Below, one piece after another: positions 28,761-40,001 of a DNA stretch of 64,000 nt. The notes beneath the pieces are model-generated. The model did not search any database and was not told the origin of the DNA. It worked only from the letters and a program-made list of their open reading frames with translations. Location of the stretch: assembly GCA_963758295.1 (NCBI GenBank), contig CAVWUU010000004.1:960001-1024000 (forward strand), written 5' to 3'. The position numbers were made by a program, and so were the translations under genes. The DNA is from Candidatus Eremiobacteria bacterium (GTDB taxonomy: Bacteria > Vulcanimicrobiota > Vulcanimicrobiia > Vulcanimicrobiales > Vulcanimicrobiaceae). Within the stretch, counting starts at the first letter, position 1, and every line of letters begins with the position of its first letter.

Positions 28761-30085
28761 ACGGTCGTCGCCTGCAGATGCGGGGCAACGCCGCGGGTCA
28801 CCGTAGTGAACACCGCGTTCGCCAGTTTAACCGTTTCGTTCACGTTTAGCGTTCCATTGACGATGTGTGCGCTGTTGACGAGATAAAGACCGGGCATGCT
28901 CGTCGCAACGGGAGGCAGCCGATCGGAATAATTTAACGTCGGAACCGGGAAAACGTAGGGAACTCGGGAGACTCGAAACGCGCGAATCGAGCCTCGCGAA
29001 AATCCACGATGCATTCGCTCGAGCGCGGAAACGAACGTTTCTTCAACCTGCTCGTCGCTCGCGATGTACGCGGGGTCGTCCGGAGTGACGTACTTCGGCA
29101 AATACACGAGCGACTTTCCGCGAAACGCTTCGCGATCCACGATTGCCGTCATTTCGATCACCGCGGTAAAGGGAATCGATGCGTCGGCAATGTTCGTAAT
29201 GTAGTAAGGCGTGATCGGCTCGTCGAGCAGCAGCGACGCGCAAACGATACCTTGATATTCGATCCCCGAAGCTAAGCCTAGTTCCGTTCGGTTTAACGTC
29301 GGACAAATGCGAGCGGCGAGGGGCGATGCCAGCGTCACGATCGCGCGGTCGAATCGCTCGAGACCCGAGGCGGCGGCTACGCGAAAGCCGCCTTGTGCCT
29401 CGGGCTCGATCGCCTCGATACGGGCGTTGAAGCGAACGTCAACACCAAGTTCGCTTAGTCGCCGTTCGAATCGGCGGAGAATGCGCGCATATCCTCCGCG
29501 GACGTAGCCGAACATCTCTTGCTTCATGCCGGTCCGCCGCGCCGCATACATGCGCGCAATGATCGCCCAGATAAACGCCGCAGAAGCCCGCTCTGCATAA
29601 GTGCCGAGTTTGGCTCGCAATAGCGGCAGCCACACCTTCTCAACGGTTTTACGCCCGCATTGCTGCGTAAGCCACTCGACCGCGGTAAGCCGTTCGAGCG
29701 GCTTCCAATCTTCAATGCGAGACGCGCGATAGATTGTCGCTGCAAGTCGCGCCTTTTGAACGGGCGACAACGCGGGAAACCGCGCATAGTCCAATACGGA
29801 AGAGAACGGGTGCATTTCTCCGTCGATGAAGAACCCCGTCTTCGTCGTTACCCATTGCAAAGCGTCGGAAAGTCCCAGCTCCGTCAACAGCTCGCGAAGC
29901 GCGAGATCGGAGGCAAGCGTGACGTGATAGTGGCGGTCCCAAACGACGTTGCCCAATTCCCATGGCGCTGCAAGTCCGCCGGAGTGCGATGCGGCTTCGA
30001 ACACCGTCACCGAATGACCGGCCTTCGCCAGCTTCAGTGCAAGCGTCATGCCGAGCATGCCGGCGCCCACAATCGCAAAACGCAT
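28757..30085 (-). CDS. NAD(P)/FAD-dependent oxidoreductase (amine oxidase-like, polysaccharide-cluster associated)
   Basis: IVGAGMLG, FEA..GGLA, WDRHYH and GYVRGGY motifs. Confidence 0.8.
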   Translation of the reverse strand: MRFAIVGAGMLGMTLALKLAKAGHSVTVFEAASHSGGLAAPWELGNVVWDRHYHVTLASDLALRELLTELGLSDALQWVTTKTGFFIDGEMHPFSSVLDYARFPALSPVQKARLAATIYRASRIEDWKPLERLTAVEWLTQQCGRKTVEKVWLPLLRAKLGTYAERASAAFIWAIIARMYAARRTGMKQEMFGYVRGGYARILRRFERRLSELGVDVRFNARIEAIEPEAQGGFRVAAASGLERFDRAIVTLASPLAARICPTLNRTELGLASGIEYQGIVCASLLLDEPITPYYITNIADASIPFTAVIEMTAIVDREAFRGKSLVYLPKYVTPDDPAYIASDEQVEETFVSALERMHRGFSRGSIRAFRVSRVPYVFPVPTLNYSDRLPPVATSMPGLYLVNSAHIVNGTLNVNETVKLANAVFTTVTRGVAPHLQATTV

Positions 30086-30086
30086 G

Positions 30087-30710
30087 TTAGTGCGCTACTG
30101 CGGCAAGTTGTTTTACCGTCAGCCGGTCGATCGAGTAACGCGCGTGGCATTCATGGCAAGAGACCTCTGCCGGTCCCTCGACGATGCCGGGCCCCGCACC
30201 CGTAAGCGGATATCCGCACGCGCAGACATAGCCGACCGCACGCGCCGGATTCCCGACGACGAGAACGTAATCCGGAACGTCGCGCGTGACGACCGAACCC
30301 ATACCTACCATCGCAAAACGGCCGATCGTAAGATTGCAGCCGATCGTGGACTGCGCGCCGATCGTCGCGCCTTCGCGCACCCGCGTCGGCAAAGTCTTCT
30401 CGTCGGGATCCGACGGCAATAAATGCATCAGATCCGGAGTGGTCGCACGTGGGAAGCGGTCGTTCGTGAAGACGGTGCCTGCCGCAATCATTACGCCGCG
30501 TTCGATCGTCACGTCGGTGCAGATGTACACGAACGCATTGATTTTCACGCGGTCGGCGATCGACACGCCGTACGCGATGTAGGTTTTCTCGCCGATGATG
30601 CAGTCTTCGCCGATTCGGGTCGAACAGCGAATGTGGACGTTGTCCCACACGGCGGTGTTCCGGCCGATCGTCACGTCGGGCTCGATGAGGGCGGTTGGGT
30701 GAACGGCCAT
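30087..30710 (-). CDS. Hexapeptide-repeat N-acyltransferase (WbpD-like)
   Basis: VHPTALIE, VFTNDRFPR, GATIGA and GNPAR..GYVCACG motifs. Confidence 0.88.
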   Translation of the reverse strand: MAVHPTALIEPDVTIGRNTAVWDNVHIRCSTRIGEDCIIGEKTYIAYGVSIADRVKINAFVYICTDVTIERGVMIAAGTVFTNDRFPRATTPDLMHLLPSDPDEKTLPTRVREGATIGAQSTIGCNLTIGRFAMVGMGSVVTRDVPDYVLVVGNPARAVGYVCACGYPLTGAGPGIVEGPAEVSCHECHARYSIDRLTVKQLAAVAH

Positions 30711-30711
30711 G

Positions 30712-31752
30712 TTAGGATGCCTCCACGGGCGCGGGCTCATCGAGTGGGACGATGTCGAAGTCGCTCAGCTGGCCTTCAATGCGCTGCCAGCGCGCGTCTT
30801 CGAGCGCGGCATACGCGGCTTGGATCACTTCGACCGAAGCAAGGGCATCGCGCGGGCTGATGATGAGTTCACCCTGGCCCGTAATCGCATCGCAGAAGTT
30901 TTCGATCTGAGCCGTGAAGGCTTGTACCTTGTCGTAACCGTTGCCGAACACGTGCCACTCCGGCTCGTCGCGCCGGCGGTACTTCGACTCGCGCCAGCCG
31001 ACCAGAATTGTGCCTTCACTGCCGTAAATCCGGAGGAACGTTTCGAGTTCTTTGTCGATGCTCCAGGAGAGATCCGATGCTCCCATGATGCCTTCGTCGT
31101 TGTGGACGAAGAGGCGAACCGTATCTTCGACGGCGAGACCCTGCATGCGGCGGCCTTCAACGATTTGAATATCGCGCAGATTTCCTAGGAAATAGCGTAG
31201 GATGTCGACCGCGTGAGTGCCGTTGTCGATGAGCACGCCGCCGCCGCTGATGGCCGCGTCAGAATTCCAGCGGTTTTGCATTTCGACGTGCGAAGTAAAC
31301 GCGTTCTCAACAAACACGACTTCACCGATGACGCCTTCCCCGATCAAGTCGCGCGCTTTGCGGACATCGGCGACGTAGCGGAACTTGGACGCCATCGTCA
31401 ATAAGGCGTTGTTGCGCCGCGCCGTCGCAAGCATACGTCGCGCGGCGTCTTCACTGGTCGCCAGCGGCTTTTCACACAGGACATGGCGGCCGCTTTGCAA
31501 CAAGCGGCACGCGATGTCTTCATGGTAGGCCGGCGGCGTACAGACGACGGCAGCGTGGAAGTGTTCGTTCGCGAGCAAACCCTCGAGCGATCGATAGGCC
31601 TCGCAGCCGATTCGGCCGGCAAACTCCCGCGCGGCGTTCTGCCGCACGTCGCAAACGGCCGTGATTTGGGCGCGTTCGGTGGCGGTAAAGGCCGCCTCAT
31701 ACGCGCGGGCAATCGCGCCCGTGCCGATCAGGGCAAACCGCAACGCACTCAT
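30712..31752 (-). CDS. Gfo/Idh/MocA oxidoreductase (WbpB-like)
   Basis: LIGTGAIA, HVLCEKP and GGGVLIDNGTH motifs. Confidence 0.9.
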   Translation of the reverse strand: MSALRFALIGTGAIARAYEAAFTATERAQITAVCDVRQNAAREFAGRIGCEAYRSLEGLLANEHFHAAVVCTPPAYHEDIACRLLQSGRHVLCEKPLATSEDAARRMLATARRNNALLTMASKFRYVADVRKARDLIGEGVIGEVVFVENAFTSHVEMQNRWNSDAAISGGGVLIDNGTHAVDILRYFLGNLRDIQIVEGRRMQGLAVEDTVRLFVHNDEGIMGASDLSWSIDKELETFLRIYGSEGTILVGWRESKYRRRDEPEWHVFGNGYDKVQAFTAQIENFCDAITGQGELIISPRDALASVEVIQAAYAALEDARWQRIEGQLSDFDIVPLDEPAPVEAS

Positions 31753-33009
31753 GCGGGTACCGCTCCTTCGCGGAGCGCTTTCGCAGCCCACTTGAACGCG
31801 TCCGCAATATACTCGACGTCGTCTTCCGTATACCGGTCGTTCCACGGCACCACCAGAACGCGTTCGAGCGCTTCAACCGTTCCGGGATAGTGGTCGAGGT
31901 CGTAATCGAGTGCTTCGCGACGCGCGACGCTGAACGGAAATTCGCTCTTTCCGAACGTACGACGCTTCTGAAAGACTTCGCACATAAAGGCGGGCTTCTG
32001 AATGTACCGCGGAACCGTCAACACGTCGCGCTCGCGGAGCAATCGCGCCATTTCGACGACGGCGGATGCCGGAAGGCTCGGGCCGATCCGAATGCAGTAT
32101 TTCCAGTAGCTGTGCTGGGCGTTCTCTGCGACGAAGGGCGTCACGATTTCTTCGATGCCTGAGAGACGCTCGGTGAGCAACGCGGCCAGGTCGCGGCGGC
32201 GCTGCACGATCGCTTCCAATTTCTCCAATTGCGCCGCGGCAACGCTGCCGCACAGCTCCGACATGCGGTAGTTGAGCGCGAGGAAATAGTGATCGGGCTG
32301 CGGATCGCCGTAGCCCCATGCCTTATTGATAAACAAATACATCCGGCGCGCCAGCGCGTCGTCGTTAGTAACGACGATTCCGCCCTCGCCGGTCGTGATA
32401 TGTTTGCCCTGCTGCAGGCTGAAACAGCCGATTTCGCCGGCCGTGCCGACGTACCGGCCGTTGTACGCTGGCCAAAAACGCCTGCGCGCAATCTTCGATC
32501 ACCGGAATTCCGCGTTCGTTCGCCAACGCGACGATCTCATCGACGGCGCACGGATTGCCGAACAAATGGGTGATGACGATCGCCTTGGTTCGGTCGCTGA
32601 TTTTCGCAGCAACGGTTTCAGGCGTCACGTTGCACGTTACAGGGTCCACGTCGGCAAAAACCGGGACGGCGCCCTGATAGAGAATGGGCGCAAGCGCACC
32701 CATGTCGGTGATCGACGTGGTGATGATTTCGTCGCCCGGTTCGGGATCGATGGCGGCGATCGCGCAATGAACGGCCGCGCTGCCCGACGCGCACGCATAC
32801 GCGTGCTTCACCCCAAGCATATGCGCAAAACGCTTCTCGAGCGCCGTAACGAAGGAGCCTTTCGTGCTCGTCAGCGTTCCGCTGCGAAGCGCTGCAGTTA
32901 CGGCGGCGATCTCTTCATCACCAAGCGTTCTGCCGGAGGCATCTTGATCCGAGGGAAGGGAACGACGGGACACAAGCGGGGAAGTCGTGGTCATTGTGTG
33001 CTCTTTCAT
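31749..33009 (-). CDS. DegT/DnrJ/EryC1/StrS sugar aminotransferase (frameshift ~32465)
   Basis: SGSAAVH, PVFADVD and IEDCAQA, then SLQQGKHITTGEGG and NYRMSE in the shifted frame. Confidence 0.9.
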
Positions 33010-33935
33010 CCAATCTGGCTGTGACGGCGATGTTGCAGTCGACGAGTGAAAAAAGTGCCGGCTTGCCCCGCAAAAATCGCGAGACTGGTGTATTGAACGA
33101 CGATGGTAGCTGCGGTGCCCGCTGCTAGAACCGCCGGGCTTACGCGAAGCAATAGCAATACGGCGACGACGATCGGTAAGAGTCCCGGGAAAAGCCCCGG
33201 CACTGCGAGCCAAAGCGATGGCCGGTACTCGAAGGCCATCCGCATGGTCGCCCACATTTGTTTGAACATGCGCCCTGGGCGTAGCCGCCCGGGAGCGGCA
33301 CGCCGCTCCGAACTCCACTTCAATGTTGCCGGCACCTCGACAACGAGGAAATTCTTGCGCAAACCATCGAGGAGCATCTCAGCGATCGAGTCCATGCGGT
33401 TGCTCTCGAACTGAAGCTGCTTTAGCGCGCTCACACGGAACGCGCGTACCATACAGGTGAAGGTCGCGTATTTCCCAGCCGCCGCAAAGGATAGCAGCCG
33501 GTTTGCTTCGCGGCTCAATACGCGTCTTACCAGGGGAACGTTCTTGACCGAGCCGCCACGCATGTAGGCTGAGGCCAGTGCGATATCGGCCTGCTGGCGC
33601 TCCAGCGCTTCGAGCAATTCCATTCCGGTAGTCGGCGAATAGCTCATGTCGGCATCGAGCACGATGGCATACTCGGTGTCCACTTCGTGGAACGCCGTCC
33701 GCAGTGCCGCTCCCAAGCCTTGATTGCCATCGTGCCGAACGACGCGGACATTCTCGCGCCAACGCGCAAACGTTTGTGCGAGAGCGTACGTCTCGTCGGA
33801 ACTGCCGTCGTCGACGATTAGATATTTGAACTCGTAATCGTGATGGACGGAGTAGTGATCGGCAAGCGTAACAAGGCTGCTTGCAAAGGTGGCGCCTTCG
33901 TTGTACGCCGGAATGATGACGGTAACGCCAGTCAC
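33006..33935 (-). CDS. GT2 glycosyltransferase with C-terminal TMs (ArnC/DPM-like)
   Basis: IPAYNE, VDDGSSDET and LDADMSY motifs; two C-terminal hydrophobic helices. Confidence 0.85.
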   Translation of the reverse strand: MTGVTVIIPAYNEGATFASSLVTLADHYSVHHDYEFKYLIVDDGSSDETYALAQTFARWRENVRVVRHDGNQGLGAALRTAFHEVDTEYAIVLDADMSYSPTTGMELLEALERQQADIALASAYMRGGSVKNVPLVRRVLSREANRLLSFAAAGKYATFTCMVRAFRVSALKQLQFESNRMDSIAEMLLDGLRKNFLVVEVPATLKWSSERRAAPGRLRPGRMFKQMWATMRMAFEYRPSLWLAVPGLFPGLLPIVVAVLLLLRVSPAVLAAGTAATIVVQYTSLAIFAGQAGTFFTRRLQHRRHSQIG

Positions 33936-36067
33936 ACCCTACCCCCCGCCAGCGGCTGCGACGAAGTCGCGAAGTAATCTGAGTAGTCGTTGACACGCAA
34001 CGTGTCTTTGTTGACCACCATTCCGAGCACGTTGTCGATGCCGAGCGAAGAAAGCTGCGAAACGGCGTAACGCGCTTCTTTCTCGTCCGTGTTGCTCGTG
34101 ACGACGAAGATTGCGCCGTCCACTTGCGTAGCGATCAGCAAACCATCTGAAACGGCGCCAAGAGGCGGCGCGTCGACGATGACCATCGTGTAGTCGCCCT
34201 GCACCTTTGCAAGAAGCTCGGAAAGATGCGATTGCAGCAGGGTAACCGGATTCGTCACTTCGGCGCCCGCAGTCAGCACGTCGAGCGACGGGGATGCATG
34301 CTGCACCGCTTCTTGAACCGGCATCGTGCCCGAGAGCACGTCACCTAGCCCAATGGTGTTCGGACAATCGGTCTTTTCGTGCAGGCTCGGGCGGCGCAAA
34401 TCGGCGTCGACCAGGAGGACGCGGGGCTCAAGCGTGGCCATCGCTTTCGCGAGGTGATATGCCACGGTGGATTTTCCGTCGCCTCGACATGCGCTCACGA
34501 CGGCGAGCGTCTTCAACGGCCGCTTGTTCTTCAGCCGCAGCGTGATGCATAGATGCAAAAACGACTCTACGGTCATGGACTGCACCCATGGGAGCATCCG
34601 CCGATTCGGCGTGTTGAAGGCGGGAATGCGGCCAATTACCGGCAGACCGAGACGGCCTTCGAAGCTTTCACGATCGGTCCGTTGTTCGATCAGCTCGAGA
34701 ACGAAGACCACGCCGAGTGAGAGCAACAAGCCCACAACGAGCGCAATTGCCAGATTCAATACGAGGCTCGGACGCCGGATCGCGCTATCAGCGCTGGCCG
34801 GCTGCACGACGAAGATATCGCTCAAGGCAGTGGTTTTGGCAATCAGCGCATCGCTATATTTCTGCGCGAGAGCGTCGTAGATGTTTTGGGCGCGCTTCGC
34901 TTCTTCGCTCAGGGTCGCGTATTGCATCACCTGGCCTGGCAGCGCGCGAACCGTTGGGCGATACGCCTTCTTCTCAGCCCGCAGCGCCTGCAAGTCACCG
35001 TTGTCGCCTTGAATGCGCGCTTGATAATTTGCCGCCTGCTGCTGCAACGATTGATAGATCGGATTCGGGCCGAGTGTCGTGCGGCTGATGACAGAGGACG
35101 GCAGCGCGGCAATTTGCGATAGCAGCGTCTTGCGCTGTTCTTTTAGTGAAATAACAGCCGGATGAGCCGGAGTGTAAACTTGCTCGGCTTCCGAGAGCTG
35201 CGTTTCGACTTCCGCAAGCTTCTCTTGTAAGTTTGCGGCAACCGGGTTGGCCGCAACTTCTTTTGAGTTATCAACCGTCGGGGACATGGAAGCCATTTGG
35301 GACTGCACGCTTACCAGTAGCGACCTGGCTTCGTTCGAATCGACGTTGAGCTGATCCGTCTTCTGATCGATGGCGGACATTCGCGAAACGATATCGGCTT
35401 CGTGCGCTTGAGCGTCGATATATCCATGATCTGACTGGAACTGTGCCAGGGCGTTGGACGTGTCACGCATGTGCTGCTCGGCACGCGGTATTTCTTTTGA
35501 AAGGTAAGCCAGCGCAGCCACGGCTTCCGATCGAACGAACTCGCGCTCTTGATCGACGAAAGTGTCGGCAAAGGTGTTTGCGATCCGTGCCGATTCGTCC
35601 GCCGTCTTCCATGAGATGCTCAAGTTCAGCAACGAGGTATTGACCGTAGGTTTCACGCTTACGCGCGAAAGCAGATCTTGCGGCGTCGTCTTCAGACCAA
35701 GGTTTGTGATCACTTTGGCAGCGAGGTCGCGCTGCTGCGCGAGCTGGGCAAACGTCTCGGCCGACTGCTCGCCATTCTGAAGTACCAATGCGTTTAGAAT
35801 CGGAAGTGCCGTGTCGGGTCCGCCGGGCGCAGCATCCGTACCCGGGCGGCCGGCCATTAAGCGCACCGACGTCGTGTATGACTTCGGCGTAAGCATCGTC
35901 GCGATTCCCACGATCGCAACAAAGGCAAGCGTAACACCGGCGAACGTACGCCAACGCTTGCGAATCATCGTCCAGATTCGTATGATATCGCGAGCATCGC
36001 TTGATTGGCGATGCGGCGATTCGTCACGCGCCAGTGTTCCGTTGGCGAGCGGTGCTAAATTCGACAT
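33932..36067 (-). CDS. wzc: Polysaccharide co-polymerase / tyrosine autokinase (Wzc/GumC-like)
   Basis: Wzz-like TM1, coiled coil, TM2, Walker A GDGKST, DADLRRP and DAPP; short Tyr tail DYSDY. Confidence 0.88.
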   Translation of the reverse strand: MSNLAPLANGTLARDESPHRQSSDARDIIRIWTMIRKRWRTFAGVTLAFVAIVGIATMLTPKSYTTSVRLMAGRPGTDAAPGGPDTALPILNALVLQNGEQSAETFAQLAQQRDLAAKVITNLGLKTTPQDLLSRVSVKPTVNTSLLNLSISWKTADESARIANTFADTFVDQEREFVRSEAVAALAYLSKEIPRAEQHMRDTSNALAQFQSDHGYIDAQAHEADIVSRMSAIDQKTDQLNVDSNEARSLLVSVQSQMASMSPTVDNSKEVAANPVAANLQEKLAEVETQLSEAEQVYTPAHPAVISLKEQRKTLLSQIAALPSSVISRTTLGPNPIYQSLQQQAANYQARIQGDNGDLQALRAEKKAYRPTVRALPGQVMQYATLSEEAKRAQNIYDALAQKYSDALIAKTTALSDIFVVQPASADSAIRRPSLVLNLAIALVVGLLLSLGVVFVLELIEQRTDRESFEGRLGLPVIGRIPAFNTPNRRMLPWVQSMTVESFLHLCITLRLKNKRPLKTLAVVSACRGDGKSTVAYHLAKAMATLEPRVLLVDADLRRPSLHEKTDCPNTIGLGDVLSGTMPVQEAVQHASPSLDVLTAGAEVTNPVTLLQSHLSELLAKVQGDYTMVIVDAPPLGAVSDGLLIATQVDGAIFVVTSNTDEKEARYAVSQLSSLGIDNVLGMVVNKDTLRVNDYSDYFATSSQPLAGGRV

Positions 36068-36130
36068 CTCTGTGCCGTCAATAGTACGTTACCGGCGCGG
36101 CCGAAATAAGGACTGCACTGCTCACAGGCC

Positions 36131-36195
36131 GGGACCTTTGAAGGAGGGACTTGAGCCCCGTAGTCCATGGTCACCGCTCGTGGGACTAACGCCTC
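36131..36195. promoter_or_regulatory. Cluster of DosR/NarL-box-like palindromes in the divergent wzc/wcaJ promoter
   Basis: GGGAC-TTGA-GCCCC (36146-36159), TAGTC-CATG-GTCAC (36161-36174), GGGAC-TAAC-GCCTC (36182-36195) and a GGGAC half-site at 36131. Confidence 0.55.
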
Positions 36196-36234
36196 TCCGG
36201 TGCCTGCCTACTGCAAGCGTATCATCATCAACAC

Positions 36235-37675
36235 ATGTCGACGCGCATCATAGAGCGACCGGCGCCGCATAAACCGACGATTGTCAAGAGCGCACCTAGA
36301 ATGCACTCTCGGAGTTGGATTGCCGTGCTGTTCGTAAGCGACGTACTGTGCTTCCTAGTCGCTTCGGGCCTCGGCGCGCTCATTGGCTTTCACCATTGGG
36401 ACTCGCAAAGGATCGTTGGGCACTTGCTCGTTGCCGAAGGCATTTTCGTAGCTCTGTGGGTAGTGGTGTTCGATCGGCTCGGCCTCTACCGCCGCACCTA
36501 CGCGCTTTCGATGAAGGACGAGCTGTACTACACGACGGCTGCCCTGATTCTCGGGACGATTCCTCAGCTTGTCTTGTTCACGATTTATCCGGGAATCTCA
36601 ACGTCGCGCGTCGCGCTGCTCTACGGGATGCTCTTCTCCATCCTTATGGTTGGCGCGTCACGAAGCGTGCTGCATCGCTTACGCAATAGTAAGGTGTTCA
36701 ACCGGCATCGCCGCACGTGCGTCATAGGTACGGCTGCACGCGTATCGTCCGCCGTGCAAAGCCTCGACCTTCCCGACGATTCCGAGACGCTGTTGCTAGT
36801 CGTGGACGACATCGACGAGTCGGTCGCGCAGATCGACTTGACGCGCGACGCGGATCTCAGCACCATCGAATGGTTCAAGCAAGCACGCGACTGGGGTTGT
36901 GACGTCCTCATCCTCACCGAGATCGTACCACCGCACCTGGTCGCGCATCTGATTGAGGTCTCGGCGCGCGTTCATATTCGGCTTGCTTTCGCGCCTCCCC
37001 GAATTGCGCGCTACGCCTACGACCTGTCGCTGCAAATGGACGGCCGGCAAGCGCTTATCGTACCGATTCGGCTGCGCGCTTGTACGCCGCGCGCGCAACT
37101 CTTCAAGCGGTGGATGGACATAGCTTTCGCAAGCTTGGCTCTTTTACTCGCGGCGCCGGTGATGGCGATAGCCGCCATTGCCGTTTATCTGGATTCGGGA
37201 TGGCCGGTAATTTTTTGCGCAAGAGCGCGTTGGAGCGGGCGGCCGGCTCTTCAATATTTATAAATTCCGATCCATGCGCCTGGGTGCTGAAGACGAAGGC
37301 GGGGCGGTGTGGGCGACTAAGGACGATCCGCGAAAAACACGCATAGGCACGTTTCTCCGCCGCTTCAGCATCGACGAACTGCCGCAGCTCTTCAATGTTC
37401 TGCGCGGGAATATGTCACTGGTCGGACCGAGGCCGGAGCGCCCCGTCTTCGTCGACTTGTTCCGCACGACGCTTGCGCGCTACGATGAGCGGCATTTGGT
37501 GGCACCGGGCATCACCGGCTGGTCCCAAGTACACATGAAGCGCGTTCTCGAGACGTCGGCTGCCGGCGAAAAACTCGAGTACGACCTGCAGTACGTTGAG
37601 AACTGGTCGCTCTTCCTCGACATCTCGGTCCTTTTTCAAACGCTCTGCGAATTTTTGTTTCACCGAGCCGCCTGA
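36235..37675 (+). CDS. Priming polyprenyl glycosylphosphotransferase (WcaJ-like); +1 frameshift in T6 at 37211-37216
   Basis: Five TM segments and FKRWMDIAFA. Removing one T restores IFAQERVG..KFRSM..DDPRKTRIGTFLRRFSIDELPQLFNVLRGNMSLVGPRPE. Confidence 0.9.
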
Positions 37676-37676
37676 G

Positions 37677-38792
37677 ATGTCTGCACGCGTTCGGGTTTTA
37701 CACATTCTACCGTCGATCGAAGGGTACGGCGCCGAACGGCAGGTGGTTGAGTTGCTGCAGCGGCTGTCGTCACCCGACGTTGACGCTCGGCTAATGACGA
37801 TCTACGAGCCGTCGAAGGACGCAGCGGCGAGGCTTCCGTTTCCAATAAATCACGCAGGGCGAAAAAACCGGCGAGACTACTTCTTTCTAGGGCGGCTCGT
37901 TCGCGGCATCCGTGAGACCAAGCCGGATATCGTTCACACGCACACGCACGTCGGAAAATACTGGGGCCGCTTTGCCGCGATTCTCGCCGGGGTCCCTTAC
38001 ATCGTCCACACCGAGCACATCCCGTGCAATCCGAAACATTCGAGCCTGGAACGAATCGCGGATCTAGCCTTACATCCCGCAACCGCACGAATCGTGACGT
38101 TCTTTCGCGAACAAGCAGAGTCACTAAGCCGCGTGGAACGGCTACCCCGCGAAAAGGTCGCCATCATCCCCAACGGTCTGACGCTGCCCGAATCTCCGCC
38201 TGCCGAACGCGTCGCCGGACGGAAACTGCTGGGCGTCGTGCGCGATCAGTTTGCGATCGTCGTTATCGGTCGTATGGAATTCCAGAAAAACCAAATTCTC
38301 GCGTTGCGGGCTTTGGCTGCAATGGGGCCGGAATTGCGCAAAACCGTAATGATGTACTTCATCGGCGCCGGCGAAGATGAAATTTTGTTGCGCGGGCTTT
38401 CCCGTGCGTTGCAGATCGACGAAAACGTCCGATTCTTGGGCTTCCGCAAAGACGTGCCCGAGCTGCTTGCCGGCGCGGACCTTGTTCTAATGACGTCCTG
38501 GTTCGAAGGCATGCCGCTTACACTTATCGAGGCGATGATCGCCGGCGTTCCAATCGTCAGCACCCCGTGGGTGGGCGCCCGCAATATGCTCGGCGACGGG
38601 CGCTTCGGGTTCATTACGCCCGATTATGAACCGGCTCGCGTTGCTTCCGAAATCGAACGCGCCCTTATGCGCCCGATCGTTCGTAAAGAAATCGCGCAAC
38701 GTGCCCAGCAACATGTCTATGCCGAATACGGAATCGGCCGAATGGTTGATTCGCATCGCAAACTCTACCTGCAATTGCAAGGTGCGCGATGA
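37677..38792 (+). CDS. GT4 glycosyltransferase
   Basis: GAERQV, PDIVHTH, IPNG and SWFEGMPLTLIEAM motifs. Confidence 0.9.
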   Translation: MSARVRVLHILPSIEGYGAERQVVELLQRLSSPDVDARLMTIYEPSKDAAARLPFPINHAGRKNRRDYFFLGRLVRGIRETKPDIVHTHTHVGKYWGRFAAILAGVPYIVHTEHIPCNPKHSSLERIADLALHPATARIVTFFREQAESLSRVERLPREKVAIIPNGLTLPESPPAERVAGRKLLGVVRDQFAIVVIGRMEFQKNQILALRALAAMGPELRKTVMMYFIGAGEDEILLRGLSRALQIDENVRFLGFRKDVPELLAGADLVLMTSWFEGMPLTLIEAMIAGVPIVSTPWVGARNMLGDGRFGFITPDYEPARVASEIERALMRPIVRKEIAQRAQQHVYAEYGIGRMVDSHRKLYLQLQGAR

Positions 38793-40001
38793 TTGCGCGG
38801 CGCCTTCTCGTCGTCGCGTCTCGATTTCCGTACGGAACCCAAGAGTCGTATCTGCTCACGGAATTGGGCGAGCTCGTAAAATATTTCGACCGCATCGCCG
38901 TTGTGCCGATGCGTCAGCCTGAGGGACCCGTACGCTTTCAAGCTCCCGACGGCGTGGAAGTGCTTCACTGGCCCCTTATCAATGCCGAACTGCTCCGACG
39001 CGCGGCGTCCGCATTCAAAACACATCCGTCGCTCGCATCGCTTGCCGTCTCGCAAGTTCTCCGTTCGCGCGATCCGGGCCGCGCAAAGAATTTTGCCGTT
39101 ATCGTCAAAGGCTTAGCGCTCGCCGATTGGGCGATGGAGCACAAGTTCGATCACATCCACGCGTATTGGCTCTCGACACCTGCAACGATGGCTTTCATCG
39201 CTGCGACAACGAGCGGCATTCCCTGGAGTTCCACGGCGCACCGCTGGGATATTTACGAACGCAATGCCTTCGATGTGAAAGAACGCACGGCCGCCTTCGT
39301 CAGAACTATCTCTTCGCGTGGAACCGCTGATATCGAAAAGCGCATGCCCGCGCTCGCCGACCGTGTCCTGCAACTGCGGCTCGGTACAAACGTGCCACCA
39401 AAGCTCGAAGCACCGGCCCCCCTCGATCGTACGTTCCGCATCGTTTGTCCGGCAGCGCTCGTGCCGGTTAAGGGACACGTCGATCTCTTTGCGGCCCTAT
39501 GCCGTCTTCGAGCACGGGCGAATCACCGTACGCTGTACGGTTGCCGGAATGGGTCCTTTGCGGGAACAACTGGAGAAATTAGCGTGCGACCTCGGCATCG
39601 CCGATTCAATCGAGTTCGCCGGGTATGTTCCCCAAACGCAACTGCATCAGTGGTACCGCGAAGGGCGCTTCGCAGCGATGGTGCTTGCAAGCCGGTCGGC
39701 CGGCGAAAAATCGATGGAAGGCCTGCCGTCGGCGCTCATGGAGGCGATGGCGTTCGGAGTTCCGATTGTTGCAACCGATTCCGGAAGCGTCAGCGAGCTT
39801 ATCGACAATGCCTGGGGCCGTCTCGTGCAAGCCGGGTCGCCCGCAGCGCTGGAAGAGGCGCTTTTCGAGGTCTATCGCGATCCTGAGGGCGCGCGCGCCC
39901 GCGCAAAACGCGCTTACGACGTAGTCGCAAGCCAACACGACGTTCGCATTCAAATGCGAACGTTCGCTGCCGTTCTTTGCGGCGAAAGGAGCATGACGTG
40001 A
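38789..40001 (+). CDS. GT4 glycosyltransferase, WcaL-like (frameshift ~39515)
   Basis: HIHAYW, TAHRWDIY and LVPVKG, then EGLPSALMEAMAFG in ORF 39318..40001. Confidence 0.85.

Noticed and set aside
37211..37216. Phase-variable poly-T switch in the priming glycosyltransferase
   Set aside because: A T6 run is short for slipped-strand switching, and similar indels occur throughout the window, so a homopolymer sequencing error is more parsimonious.
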